The position numbers and the translations under genes are program-made. Below the pieces are notes generated by a model. The model made no database searches and was not told the DNA's origin. It saw only the letters and a program-made list of their open reading frames with translations. A stretch of DNA of 63,416 nucleotides, filler included, from Craspedostauros australis (lineage: Eukaryota), in the NCBI GenBank assembly GCA_030167865.1. It is 12 parts of 12 records of this genome, joined end to end, with 100 filler letters (N's around TTAATTAATTAA, not from the genome) between each part and the next. Parts side by side here need not be neighbours in the genome. Positions count along the whole stretch, not along the records: positions 8,374 to 14,174 come from JALAGF010003384.1; positions 14,275 to 20,942 come from JALAGF010003385.1; positions 21,043 to 25,601 come from JALAGF010003387.1; 9 more parts are not named here. The stretch is one strand, 5' to 3'. Below, in pieces: positions 11,301 to 22,279 of the stretch. Every line of letters starts with the position of its first letter. The stretch's first letter is position 1.

Positions 11301-12884
11301 TACGCGTCTTTGGTCACACCTACGCGGCGACCCCAGACCTCACCGAGTTTCGCATCCTCGTTGCCATTGCTGCAGTGCAAGGACTGCTGGTGTATGGAGC
11401 TGACGTTGCCAATGCATTGCGGAGGCGCCTGCCAGTGCGCAGAGATACTACATGCGGGCGGATGATCAATTTTGCAACTGGTGGCAACACAAGTATGGCA
11501 AAGTTCTGGACCGACACGTGGTGGTACCCGTTCTCAATAATCTCCAGGGCCATCCTGAAGCGCCCAGACAGTGGAGTCTACATGTCAACCGCCTTCTCAA
11601 GGACATGGGCTTCACTGCCACTACGCAAGCGCCGTGTTTGTACACTGGTGAGCTGTGCCAGAACAAAGTCTACGTACTTCGGCAGGTGGATGATTTTGCA
11701 GTGGCAGCACGCGATGAGGCTTCGTACACAAGATTCTGTGACATGCTCAATGCTCGTCTGAATCAGCCCATCACTCGGCACGGTCTCTTCGCACATTACA
11801 ATGGACTGGATCTCATCCAGGCGCGGCGGCACACGACGGTGCACTGCTCTACCTACATTGACAAGGTGCTGGAACGGCACGATTGGCAAGGGCTGAAGTC
11901 TTCGCAACGCCTCCCCATGCGAGCGGATAATGGGCACGTGCGCCAGTTGGATCAGGCTGTTCTGCCTGACTCAGATACCGAGCGGCAACGTCTGCAGTCC
12001 GAGTTCTTCAACTACCGACAGGCCATTGGCGAGCTTACATGGGCCATGGTTTCGTGTCGGTCTGACATATCGTTCCCGGTGGTCAAGCTGAGTCAGTTCT
12101 CCATGAACCCTGCACGTGCACACTACGAAGCCGTCAAGTATCTTTTTTGGTACATTGCGGCCACCAGGGAGTTTGGTGTCACATATTGGCGACAGTCCCC
12201 TCTCATGCAGCTTGCGGATGTTCCCAACCCGCGACAGCTGTCCCCTGCTGACGACAAGCGTCACAACACGACGGATCAGGCTACTATCCAGGCAACTTCT
12301 CTGTATGCCTACATGGATGCTGATTGGGGTGCCGACACCAAGCATCGTCGGTCTACCAGCAGCATTGCTTTCCTTCTAGGTGGCGCAGCTGTCGCATGGA
12401 AGACTCGAGTGCAGCCTACTGTCTCTCTCAGCACATCCGAGGCCAAGTTCCTTGCCGCCAGCGATGCTGGCAAGATGGCACTCTGGCTTCGGTCTATTCT
12501 TGATGAGATTGGCGTTGCGCAAAAGCATGCAACGCTCATCTACAAGGACAATCGAGGTGCGAGAATGATGGCTAACGCCAACCAGCCGACACGGAACTCC
12601 AGGCACATTGACATACGCACATTTGCCATCAGCAATTGGGTGGACAGAGATCTTATCCTGATAACTGACGTGCCTTCGGACCTCAATGCTTCAGACGTGT
12701 GCACCAAACAGACGCCTGTGGTTCTGTTCTATCGGCATACGGATCTGCTCATGGGACGCATACTGCCTTTCTACGTTCACCAGTGAGTGCTCCCCATGGA
12801 GTGTGGCGATCCCTGTCTTCTCTACAACAGAGTCGATTCTTTCCGCTAGCTTACGCTAGTGTGTGTGTGAGGGGGGGGGGGGGA
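8374..12884 (+). mobile_element. Ty1/copia LTR retrotransposon, decayed; copy 2
   Basis: Identical to copy 1 (offset 8373) for about 4.07 kb, then differs by SNPs through RNase H. Polypurine tract about 12869-12884. Confidence 0.95.
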
Positions 12885-13040
12885 TGTTGGCATCCGTACA
12901 CCCGTACGATGACAGACGTCATCAGCAGCAGCAGCAGCAGCAGCAGCGAACACAACAAAAGTCATCACCACTCTGTGGCCATAAATCCATCATTAGCACC
13001 AAATCACACACATCACTCTCTCACGATACTGACACTAACT
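12885..13040 (+). repeat. Start of Copia 3' LTR (TGTTGG...), right end not identifiable
   Basis: TGTTGGCATCCG begins immediately after the polypurine tract. The equivalent in copy 1 (about 4513 onward) lacks the first TGTT. Confidence 0.6.
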
Positions 13041-14174
13041 ACTGCGAGTATTGCCCAAACTAACCCTTGATACAAATTCATCACACATTAACACCCTAAC
13101 CCTTGCTACAAGTTCATAAAGCCCCAATCCTTTTCATCACTCACCATACAACACATGTTGGCTGATTTCTATTCCTATACCCCACCCCCAACCACCCAAC
13201 TAAATGCTGCAAGTATTGCTCACCCAACCCTTGATACAAATTCATCACCCATTAACCCTTGATACAAATTCATCACACATTAACACCCTAACACCCTAAC
13301 CCTTGTCATCACTCACCAAACAAAACATGTTGGCTGATTTCTATTCCTATACCCCACACCCTAACCCCCAACCACACAACTAACTCCTAAAAGTATTGCC
13401 CAAACTAACCCTTGATACAAATTCATCACACATTAACACCCTAGCCCTTGATACATATTCATCACACCCTAACCCTAACCCACAAATTCATAATGCCCAA
13501 ACCCTTGCCATCACTCATGGCACAACACACATTGGCTGATTTCTATTCCTATACCCCACCCCCAACCACGCAACTAACTGCTGCAAGTATTGCCCCAACT
13601 AACCCTTGATACAAATTCATCACCCATTAACCCTTGCTACAAGTTCATAAAGCCCCAAACCCTTTTCATCACTCACCATACAACGCACATTGGCTGATTT
13701 CTATTCCTATACCCCACCCCCAACCACCCAACTAAATGCTGCAAGTATTGCTCACCCAACCCTTGATACAAATTCATCACCCATTAACCCTTGATACAAA
13801 TTCATCACATGTTAACGCCCTAACACCCTAACACCCTAACCCTTGCTACAAGTTCATAAAGCCCCAATCCTTTTCATCACTCACCATACAACACATGTTG
13901 GCTGATTTCTATTCCTATACCCCACCCCCAACCATGCAACTAAATGCTGCAAGTATTGCCCACCCAACCCTTGATACAAATTCATCACACATTAACACCC
14001 TAACACCCTAACTCTTGTCATCACTCACCAAACAAAACATGTTGGCTGATATCTATTCCTATACCCCACCCCCAACCACGCATACCCTAGCTAACTCCTA
14101 AAAGTATTGCCCAAACTAACCCTTGATACAAATTCATCACACATTAACACCCTAGCCCTTGATACATATTCATC
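13040..14174. repeat. Telomere-like complex satellite, second array (same family as 4650-5975)
   Basis: Same CTATTCCTATACCCCAC and TAACCCTTGATACAAATTCATCAC motifs plus CCCTAACCCTAA and CCCTAACACCCTAA runs. Unit order differs from the first array. Runs to the contig end. Confidence 0.9.
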
Positions 14175-14854
14175 NNNNNNNNNNNNNNNNNNNNNNNNNN
14201 NNNNNNNNNNNNNNNNNNTTAATTAATTAANNNNNNNNNNNNNNNNNNNNNNNNNNNNNNNNNNNNNNNNNNNNGAGAAAGGAGTTTGTGGTCTGTCCGT
14301 TTCGCTTCTCGTCGCCTTTCTTCCATCTTCGATGTTGTCTGGCACGTTCCTAAAGCGCCGTAACATAAGTAGTCGTGTCACATGAGACGAACATGGACAG
14401 TGATACGGACACAAACTAATCCTGAAAAGACTCACAAATAGCCTCTTTAGACAGAAATCTACTCTACCAAAATCACCCCGTGAGTGACCCGCCGCCGACA
14501 ATGACCAAAAGATACCTTTCTTGGTGGCTCCTTGTTGGCGATCTCTGCGTCCTTCACTTTCCTCCACCCGTTCGCTCTTGGTGCAACATGGTGGCGGAAC
14601 CTCGTCGTATCTGTATCTCGTATTTCAGGAGCCCAAGCGGAGGCGGTGGGCTTCAGGTGAAGGAAACGGATCGGCGTGCGACAACGAGTTGACCCATCGT
14701 GAACTCACCGATTGAAGTGATTGGGAGTCTCACAGCATGTTGCTCGTCTCGCGTATGTACCAGAGCGCGCACTTGGATTCTACTCCTGTACGGCTGCTGC
14801 GCTTCTTGGAAGTTGCGCATCTATGAATATTGTTACGGCTTCGGTGCTGTCGGA

Positions 14855-17800
14855 TCAAGCAGAAGCATCCGTCAACACGGACATGTCGTCATCGCTATTC
14901 ACGCCATCAGCGTCGTTGCCATCCTGATTTGCGGGGTGCCCTGGCTCGCCGGACACGTGCGACACTCCACTCTCTTTCTCGGCGGTGCCCCCATACACGG
15001 ATTCCTGTGCTAGCGTGGAGACATGATTGCCAACGCTGGAACTGTTTTGCCATCTGGGCGCTGACCCGTCCAACAGCAGAGTAACAGCTGCATACCCAGC
15101 GTTGTTGTTGCTGTTGCTGTTGCTGCTGTTGGGCATGTCGATATCCACGATCCTCCTGCCGTCCTTCGCGTTCTTCGATTGGATAGTTGCTGCATTCCTG
15201 TTTACCAGATACTGCAACCGCCGTTCTTGGATGTCTTCAGCCTTGATCGTGCAGCCCCATTCCGTGTAAAATTCCACGGCACGTGTCATGAACTTGCAAA
15301 TCGATTCGTGAAGTGCGGCCTTCAAAGTCTGAGTGCCAGTGTTGGACGTGTGGCGCGAAAGGCCATCGGCCGCTCGGATCAGGTACTCGGCCGCATTCTC
15401 GCAACCGATGGCGCAATAGTGGGTCAAGGAGGCCCGCTCGGCCACGACGATGGCCACACCGTAGGCCTCTTCCGTGCGACGGATTATGTCGCGATTCGAC
15501 TTGATATCCTTCAAAGACAGCCGCTCGGCCTTGAGCAACTGGAAGAGGCTTGTCGCGTTGCATCCCTTGGTGGCCACCAGGTTTCTGGCCGCTGCGACTT
15601 GCTTCTTCAGCTCTCTCTTGTACTTGGCCTTGCCCGTGATGCGGCACAAGGCGGACGATGCAAGGCCTCGTCCAAGGATGACCGTGGTCTCAAAATAGTA
15701 GCTCTTGCTGTGGCCCGACAATCCGCCGTACAGCTTCGTCATTCGCTGTGCAAGTTCGTATCGTCGGAACAGAACTGCTAGCAGTGGAAGGCCGGAGTAG
15801 GTGACCACGAGGCGGTGGACTTCCTTTGGGTCTGCCGCGCTTTCTTCCATGTCGCGCTGCAGGTTGCCGTCGATATCTTCCCACTCAATCGATTCAGCTC
15901 CAGTCAATAGCTTGGAGACCGTCAACAGTGCGATGAACATGTCATTGTTGAAAGTCACGTTGTACACTTTCGACTGTTCGATCGCGTTTTCGAGCGCCTT
16001 CACCAACGGCCCGAGCTTGTATCCGAAGTAGAACGCCTCGGCGTTGCGGATTTGCAGATTCAGCAACCCTATCTCAAAATCGCCAACCTCCATGGCAAGC
16101 GCGTGCCCTCTTTCCAACAGCTTGATGCATGTATCAAATGGTTCAGTGTAAGGATAAATCACGCCTCCTGTGATGGCACAAACGCCGCTGATTTGTTCCT
16201 GCCCACCGGCCCGAGACAACAGCCGGTGGCCGAGATTCGCACACCTCAGCACCAACGTGCGTTCTGCGTTGGTAAAGTCAAAGATGATGCCAAGCGTGGC
16301 AAAGGACGCGGCTGATTCTTCGCCGATGCCATGATTCATGGTCATGCGGACCTGCCGCAACATATAAACGAGCCATTGCAACAAATCGCCCGTGAAGTAT
16401 GACCGGACACCGATCTCCGCCACGAACTTCATCGCCATCGTTCTCTGATGACTCTGTTGCACTGGTAGATTTAGGATGTCCTCGTTGGTGTTGTTCTTCA
16501 TGAATGATTTGATTTGGAAGAGGTCATTCGCAATACGAAGAAGATAGAATCTCTTTGGACGTTCACCCAGTTTGCTTGCAATGGACAGGCTCAGCTTCAA
16601 TGATTCCGTGGTTTTGTTTTCTCTTCCCAATGCCTTGGCCATGGCGAGGTTCGTTGGCAGCTTATCATCCAGCGTCCGAGCTCTGCTGATGAGCTCCTTC
16701 GCTACCTTGTATCCAAGCTCGGAGTTCCCCAGCGACAGCTCGACCTCGGATCGGCATCGGAAGAGCTCCAGACAAAGCTTGTAGTGCTCCTCCCAAGGAT
16801 TGCGGACGCGCTGCAGTTCGCTGGTCGCTTTTTGCAGATATGTCGCAGCCGATGCCAATGCGCCCATCTGAAGCGCCTTCTTTCCAACCTCGATGTTGAA
16901 GGTAACCAGGAAGAGATGATCCTTGCTCTGTGTGCTGTTGAGGTGGTCGGCAGCAATGAAGAGCAAGCCATCGACGTCCCTGATCATATGGCCCGGATGA
17001 CGGCTGAGGTCAATCTCAATGTCAACGTCAATGGCGATGGCAAGGTCAGCGCCCTGATGCTCGTCGTGAGTAGAATCGTTGGCGACCATTGTCGGAGCTC
17101 CTTGGGGCGCATCTTGGTGCTCAATCGGTGTCAAGAGTGAGTTTGACTTCTGGTAGATGAGCAGAAGGCAGTGGCCTATTTGCGATCGGAGCTTGTCCCG
17201 CATCTCACCGAAAGGGATCAATCCATGAGCCGCTTGTTGGACGCGATCATGAGCAAAATGATAGCGATCCTCGCCGATAGAGTTGGTCACAAGGCCTTCT
17301 AGGAGAGCTCTCTCGAGGACCAAGCGCAGTCGATTGCCGGTCCACGGTGTTGGCTCTGTGGAGAGGTCTACCTCCGAAGTCTTCGTGGCTGTGCTATTAT
17401 TGCTGTCGCCAAACGGCACGTCCAACCCACCATGATCGTCAAGATACCGAAGCACGGCTTGAAGCACGTTCAAATCAAATGTTGATCGGATGTATGCCGC
17501 AACCGACAGAGCATGCTGTAGATCACGCGGCAGATGCTTCAGTTGCAGCTCGATGATGGCGACGATGTTGTCGCCGATTGGAAGCTCGCCGTTGCCATCA
17601 TGGAGAGATTCGCTTAGATCCCACTCCCATCGCTGCGAGATGCGATTGTGGATGATGATGCCCCTCCTCTTGAGTTCCTCGATGGCCTGGAGCGTGAAGT
17701 ACACGTTGCCGTGTGTTTTGTTGTGGATCTTGGATGCCAGCTGCTTGAGGCCATCATCATCGCGGGATCGACGAAGAAGATGGGACAACCAGTGGATGCA

Positions 17801-19348
17801 GTCCAGTAAAGACAGATCGACAATGGTGATCTGCTCAAGGTTTTTACTGCTTCCATTGCTGCGAATTGCTGTGTTTGTGTGAAGCAACCGATCCAGGAAT
17901 GATCTCTGCAAGGGTGCGTCCGGTGACATTTCCACTGCTTGGTGGTTATGAGGGTCGGTCTCCTGGCGGACGGCGCCCAGCAACATGAAATTGCGGAGAT
18001 CGCTGTCCATGAGCAGTGATGCCAGAAGCTCCAAGCCAGCGGCAGACGACCACTGCAAATCGTCAAGGAAGAGGTAGGCTGGCCGTTGCGGAGTGGAGAT
18101 GGCCTTCACGAACTGGATGAAGATGTAACAGAGCCGGTTCCATGCGCCCTGCGAGTTGCCGCCTGTGGATGCGGTGTTGTTCGGGCTGGTGTTGGTGCCC
18201 AACGCATCGGACGTGAAAAGGGCGTCGGCACTGTCGCTAGCCGTTGATCCATTCTCCGTGATGGCACCAACCGCGGTGCGAGCATCGCGATTGCTGGCTG
18301 CAGTACGTTGCACGATTGCTGCGGGTGCAGAGGAAGAGCCTGTTGCGACACTTGCTGATGATCTGATAGCGTTGGGGAGGAGGATGGATAGTGAAGGCAC
18401 AACGGCAACCAAAGTACGCAAGGCGGAATGACTATACTTTGCCATACCGTGATGCGCCTGGCCGATCGAGCAGTCATCAGTGAGGTCATTGTCGTTGGAG
18501 CCTGCGACGCCGTCGTCGGAACAGAACGTAGCTTGCACAGACTGTTGAATCCGTCGCAGCTCTTCGAAAGGTCCATTTCGGAGTTGCGTTGCGAACTCAT
18601 CCAATGCTTGGATGATAGCGGAGAAGGGATCCTTGCCAGCTGCGTATTCGTCGTATTTCCCGCGCAGCACATAGCAGCATGAGCATCGTTGAATCGCACG
18701 TTGTGATAGTTGTTGCTGGTGATGATCCTCTGGTCTTGACGTCGATGCGAGTGCTGCTGTAGGCATCGACTGTTTGGATTGATGCCTGCCTCCGCAGAAG
18801 CAGCAGCAATGATCCAGAAAATGGCTGATCAGCTGTGACTTGCCGGTCCCGCTTGTTCCCCAAACCAACGCGGCTGGGAAGGTGGGCTGACTGTCGGAGG
18901 CGTTGCCACTGATATTGCCGCTGGCGTTGTCGCTATTTCCATTGCCGTTGCCATTGCCATTGCCGTTGCCATTGCTGTTGCCATTGCTGTTGCCATTGCT
19001 GTTGCCATTGCTGTTGCCATTGCTGTTGCCATTGCCGTTGATGCAATACTGGATACTCTTGAGGCGCTCCAATTCCTGCTCTCTTCCGAAGAAGATGTCT
19101 TGGTTAAGTTGGGCTTGTGGATGGTGTGGCGAATGGGTACGGGAGGCAGGCAGAGGTGATGATCCACGTGTGGATGTGTGCGAAGATGTGGATGTGGATC
19201 CAGTCTCGACAGTCCCGTTGGATGTGAGCGTCTGTGGCACTGGTGCTCCACCCATTGATCCATCGTCTTTCTTTGGTTGGTCTGGTGTGAAGGACTGGAC
19301 GCACCCGGGTCCAAGGTCGCGACAACCACCGACAACGGTGCTGTTCAT
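14855..19348 (-). CDS. STAND-class/AAA_16-like P-loop ATPase with helical (TPR-like) C-terminal region, about 1,497 aa
   Basis: FFGREQELERL; Walker A GTSGTGKS; GKYDE..PFSAI; Walker B LFLDDLQW; KTHGNVYFTLQ; YHFAHDRVQQAA; ADHLN. This matches the ATPase module of bacterial kinase-ATPase-HisK proteins, but no kinase domain is visible. First ATG at 19348 (track ORF opens at TTG 19405). Confidence 0.88.
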   Translation of the reverse strand: MNSTVVGGCRDLGPGCVQSFTPDQPKKDDGSMGGAPVPQTLTSNGTVETGSTSTSSHTSTRGSSPLPASRTHSPHHPQAQLNQDIFFGREQELERLKSIQYCINGNGNSNGNSNGNSNGNSNGNSNGNGNGNGNGNGNSDNASGNISGNASDSQPTFPAALVWGTSGTGKSQLISHFLDHCCCFCGGRHQSKQSMPTAALASTSRPEDHHQQQLSQRAIQRCSCCYVLRGKYDEYAAGKDPFSAIIQALDEFATQLRNGPFEELRRIQQSVQATFCSDDGVAGSNDNDLTDDCSIGQAHHGMAKYSHSALRTLVAVVPSLSILLPNAIRSSASVATGSSSAPAAIVQRTAASNRDARTAVGAITENGSTASDSADALFTSDALGTNTSPNNTASTGGNSQGAWNRLCYIFIQFVKAISTPQRPAYLFLDDLQWSSAAGLELLASLLMDSDLRNFMLLGAVRQETDPHNHQAVEMSPDAPLQRSFLDRLLHTNTAIRSNGSSKNLEQITIVDLSLLDCIHWLSHLLRRSRDDDGLKQLASKIHNKTHGNVYFTLQAIEELKRRGIIIHNRISQRWEWDLSESLHDGNGELPIGDNIVAIIELQLKHLPRDLQHALSVAAYIRSTFDLNVLQAVLRYLDDHGGLDVPFGDSNNSTATKTSEVDLSTEPTPWTGNRLRLVLERALLEGLVTNSIGEDRYHFAHDRVQQAAHGLIPFGEMRDKLRSQIGHCLLLIYQKSNSLLTPIEHQDAPQGAPTMVANDSTHDEHQGADLAIAIDVDIEIDLSRHPGHMIRDVDGLLFIAADHLNSTQSKDHLFLVTFNIEVGKKALQMGALASAATYLQKATSELQRVRNPWEEHYKLCLELFRCRSEVELSLGNSELGYKVAKELISRARTLDDKLPTNLAMAKALGRENKTTESLKLSLSIASKLGERPKRFYLLRIANDLFQIKSFMKNNTNEDILNLPVQQSHQRTMAMKFVAEIGVRSYFTGDLLQWLVYMLRQVRMTMNHGIGEESAASFATLGIIFDFTNAERTLVLRCANLGHRLLSRAGGQEQISGVCAITGGVIYPYTEPFDTCIKLLERGHALAMEVGDFEIGLLNLQIRNAEAFYFGYKLGPLVKALENAIEQSKVYNVTFNNDMFIALLTVSKLLTGAESIEWEDIDGNLQRDMEESAADPKEVHRLVVTYSGLPLLAVLFRRYELAQRMTKLYGGLSGHSKSYYFETTVILGRGLASSALCRITGKAKYKRELKKQVAAARNLVATKGCNATSLFQLLKAERLSLKDIKSNRDIIRRTEEAYGVAIVVAERASLTHYCAIGCENAAEYLIRAADGLSRHTSNTGTQTLKAALHESICKFMTRAVEFYTEWGCTIKAEDIQERRLQYLVNRNAATIQSKNAKDGRRIVDIDMPNSSNSNSNNNAGYAAVTLLLDGSAPRWQNSSSVGNHVSTLAQESVYGGTAEKESGVSHVSGEPGHPANQDGNDADGVNSDDDMSVLTDASA
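18935..19040 (-). repeat. Coding (NGNS/NG)n repeat inside the ATPase
   Basis: 12-bp unit CCATTGCTGTTG and variants, just before Walker A. Confidence 0.9.
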
Positions 19349-21163
19349 GGTGGTGATGGTGGTGGTGGCGATGTTCCCTGGACCCTTCTTGTGGTGTTGC
19401 TGCAAGTATTCAAGTTGCTATTGCGGTTGCGATTGCTAAATGCCGAGGAGGGTGATTCTGTGTTTTCTGAGCTGTACGAGGATGATGTGGCTTCCAAGTC
19501 CGCCATGTGCGTTGTGATGTGCTAAGTGTCCACGACGAAACTGTGGAGTTCGATCATGATAGTGATGATAGTGATGATGATGATCTGGATGGTCGCGTGG
19601 AGGGCTTCAATCGGGACAGTTGGGGCGATGGCCGAGCTGGAGTGACGATAACACGGTGGAGTGGGGTGACAAGAGGGACGGCAACAGCGTGATTTCGCTG
19701 ATCCAAACTAGCCACCGCTCGAGCCAACCGCTCCTTGCTCTTCGACTTGTCTGCTTCGCTCCGGCTTCCGGCGTGCGAAACGCAAGTTCTCCGTCACTGT
19801 TTTGTTTGCGCAGATCAGAAGGGTTGATCATTGGCATGCCCAGGTTCTCCTCTCACTGGTATCCGTGGGTGCGCTGCGAAGGATTGGTGGCGTGCAATCG
19901 GGAGTGGCCATTTATCCTGCCACGGATGAGACCAAGGAAGAGTCGCCTGCTTCAATCTTGGTGATGGACCAAAAGTTGCGCATTGGTTCCTCGGAGTTCT
20001 GATGAGACACTGCGAACATCAACGTCATCAGAGTCCCTTCGCAGTTTGAGGCACAGGGTGCCATGCCTGATGCTTCGTTGACGCGCAATCAATGTCACTT
20101 GCCGGAAACGGTGCTCCGACGCATGTTGATTCCAGTGGAAGACGAGCGACCTCAGTCATTGTGGAAAACACACTGAAGGGGTCATCACTTCTGACGGGGG
20201 AGATTGCCATTGGTTCTTGTGCTTGTGCTCGTGCTCGTGCTTGTACTACATGCGATGAGTATCCGCATTCAAGAGATGCCATCAAGTACATGGTCGAGGG
20301 AACATCGTGACGAAAGCAGCGTCGCCTTCCTTGTTTTCTGCACATCGCGGACATGGTGAACATCATGGTCGTTGCGGAAATGTCTGTTGGCTCGTTTCCG
20401 AATTTCGTTTGCCCGACTGTTTGTCTGCCTGTCTGGCCGTTCAGACGGAACCGAAAAGCAACAAGACACCAAATTCGTCACCGTCCGTATGGTGACAGGA
20501 AGAAGGTCGTGAAGGAATACTGTTCGAGAACTATTCAAACGGACAATATATCGGACAATGGGGATCGCCGAATTTTCCCACTCTGTTTTGCCACCGATCC
20601 ACACGAAACACAAATTTTGGCCAACGGCAACGCACAAAAACATCGGCTGGTCACAAGATCGCAAATTTGAAAACGCGTTGGCTTCAACATCCACACTTCC
20701 GCACGCGCACACCATTGGCAACGAACAGCTGCCATGAGCAAAATGTGAATGTGGAGGATCCAAATCCTATGTAGGAGCTACGTATGGTATGGTACTGATG
20801 TTCTCTCATGACGGTCTTTCATGATGCCCCTCCGTGATGCTCCTCCATGACGCGCTCCCGTCGACTTGCTTTCGCAGGAGTGCCTAGTATTCTGTGCCAA
20901 GGCGATCCCTCACGAAGTATATTCCCATAAATCACCAAGCCANNNNNNNNNNNNNNNNNNNNNNNNNNNNNNNNNNNNNNNNNNNNTTAATTAATTAANN
21001 NNNNNNNNNNNNNNNNNNNNNNNNNNNNNNNNNNNNNNNNNNCTCATCTCACAGATCCAAGATCAACACATAGTGAAAAAGCAAGCACATCAACAAACCA
21101 ACCAACAGCCAACACTCCACACTCGAGCAACCGGAAAAAGTAGACAAATGACAGCTTGCCATC

Positions 21164-21618
21164 ATGAACTTTCGAAAGGCGACTTCCTTCATCGTCACTG
21201 CCATCGCCATGGCCGCCCACGGTGCCATGGCTGCAATTGGTGATGGCTACATCGCCACCATCCCTGCCACTGTCTACGAGGCCGTCACCAGCTGAAGGTC
21301 GACATCTCGCAGACATCCAACTTCATCCTTGGATCTCATTCGGACTTGCTCTTGCAGCAAGGATTGGACGTGACAATCGTGGCAGATGATTGAACGATGG
21401 TGGCTTCGACGAAGACCAACATCATGGGAGCATACGAGATTGAGGTCAAGTCGTCCGACATCCCGGATGGCACCACCAAGCTCAACGTCATGTATGGAGC
21501 CAAGGTCATCTGCACACTCAAGATTGAGGACACCTCCTCTGATGCATCCAGCATCACCATTGGCATGGGCATGGTCCCAGCCATGCTGGTTGGAACGCTC
21601 ACGAATATTCATGTCTAA
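21164..21618 (+). pseudogene. Small secreted or membrane-anchored protein, disrupted
   Basis: MNFRKATSFIVTAIAMAAHGAMA looks like a signal peptide. Frameshift near 21290, in-frame TGA near 21391, then MVASTKTN...TLTNIHV with a hydrophobic tail. Confidence 0.55.
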
Positions 21619-22279
21619 TTCGCAACATGGAGTCGAATTCCCAAGAGCGGACATCGACAGATGATGTAATGGAATCGTATATTGTGCACAAGCACGAGTA
21701 CCATGCTCTGCACAAGACCAATCCGAGCACACCATAACGATCACTCATTTGGGCCATCAATCGTGTTGTAACTCCAGTCCTGTTCAACCATGACGCAGGT
21801 GAGTTGTTGCCCTGTGCATCCGATCACTCGTCCTGGAACAGAGAACACGCAGATTGCACAGCCAAGATAGGTGGCGCAAGCACTCACAATAGTCAACAAT
21901 CTTGTTGGGCACACTCAATGTCTCTATCAGCAAAGGTTTTGTGCGCAGAGTATATTGAATAGGATGCATGGTCTCATCACAATCCTTATCGTCAAGTTTC
22001 GCGAAGAACTCCGTTTTCGGTTTCCTCTCAGTTCTGATGCGCAATCATAGCGCGGAATCAGTGGAACTGTTGAATTCGTGGGGGAAAGCATGCTCTGCGA
22101 TCTGCTCGGCTTTGAGTAGATTACGATCTACTTGTGCATACTTTGACTGCAGTCGTGTTGGGCTCTGATGTGTTGTGTAATTCCTAGGACCTTCCTCACT
22201 ATATAACATAACATATGTTCTTATTCTACTGCGGGTGCTACTCCCTCTGTGCGACGATTACACGATTTGGCACAGAGTT

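Noticed and set aside
1..12884. Tandem duplication of the Copia element
   Set aside because: The copies are on separate contigs that start at the same base, so their tandem placement comes from concatenation.
15010..19439. Numerous antisense and alternate-frame ORFs over the ATPase (likewise over the LRR, SET and Copia genes)
   Set aside because: These are shadow ORFs of GC-rich coding sequence with no motifs of their own.
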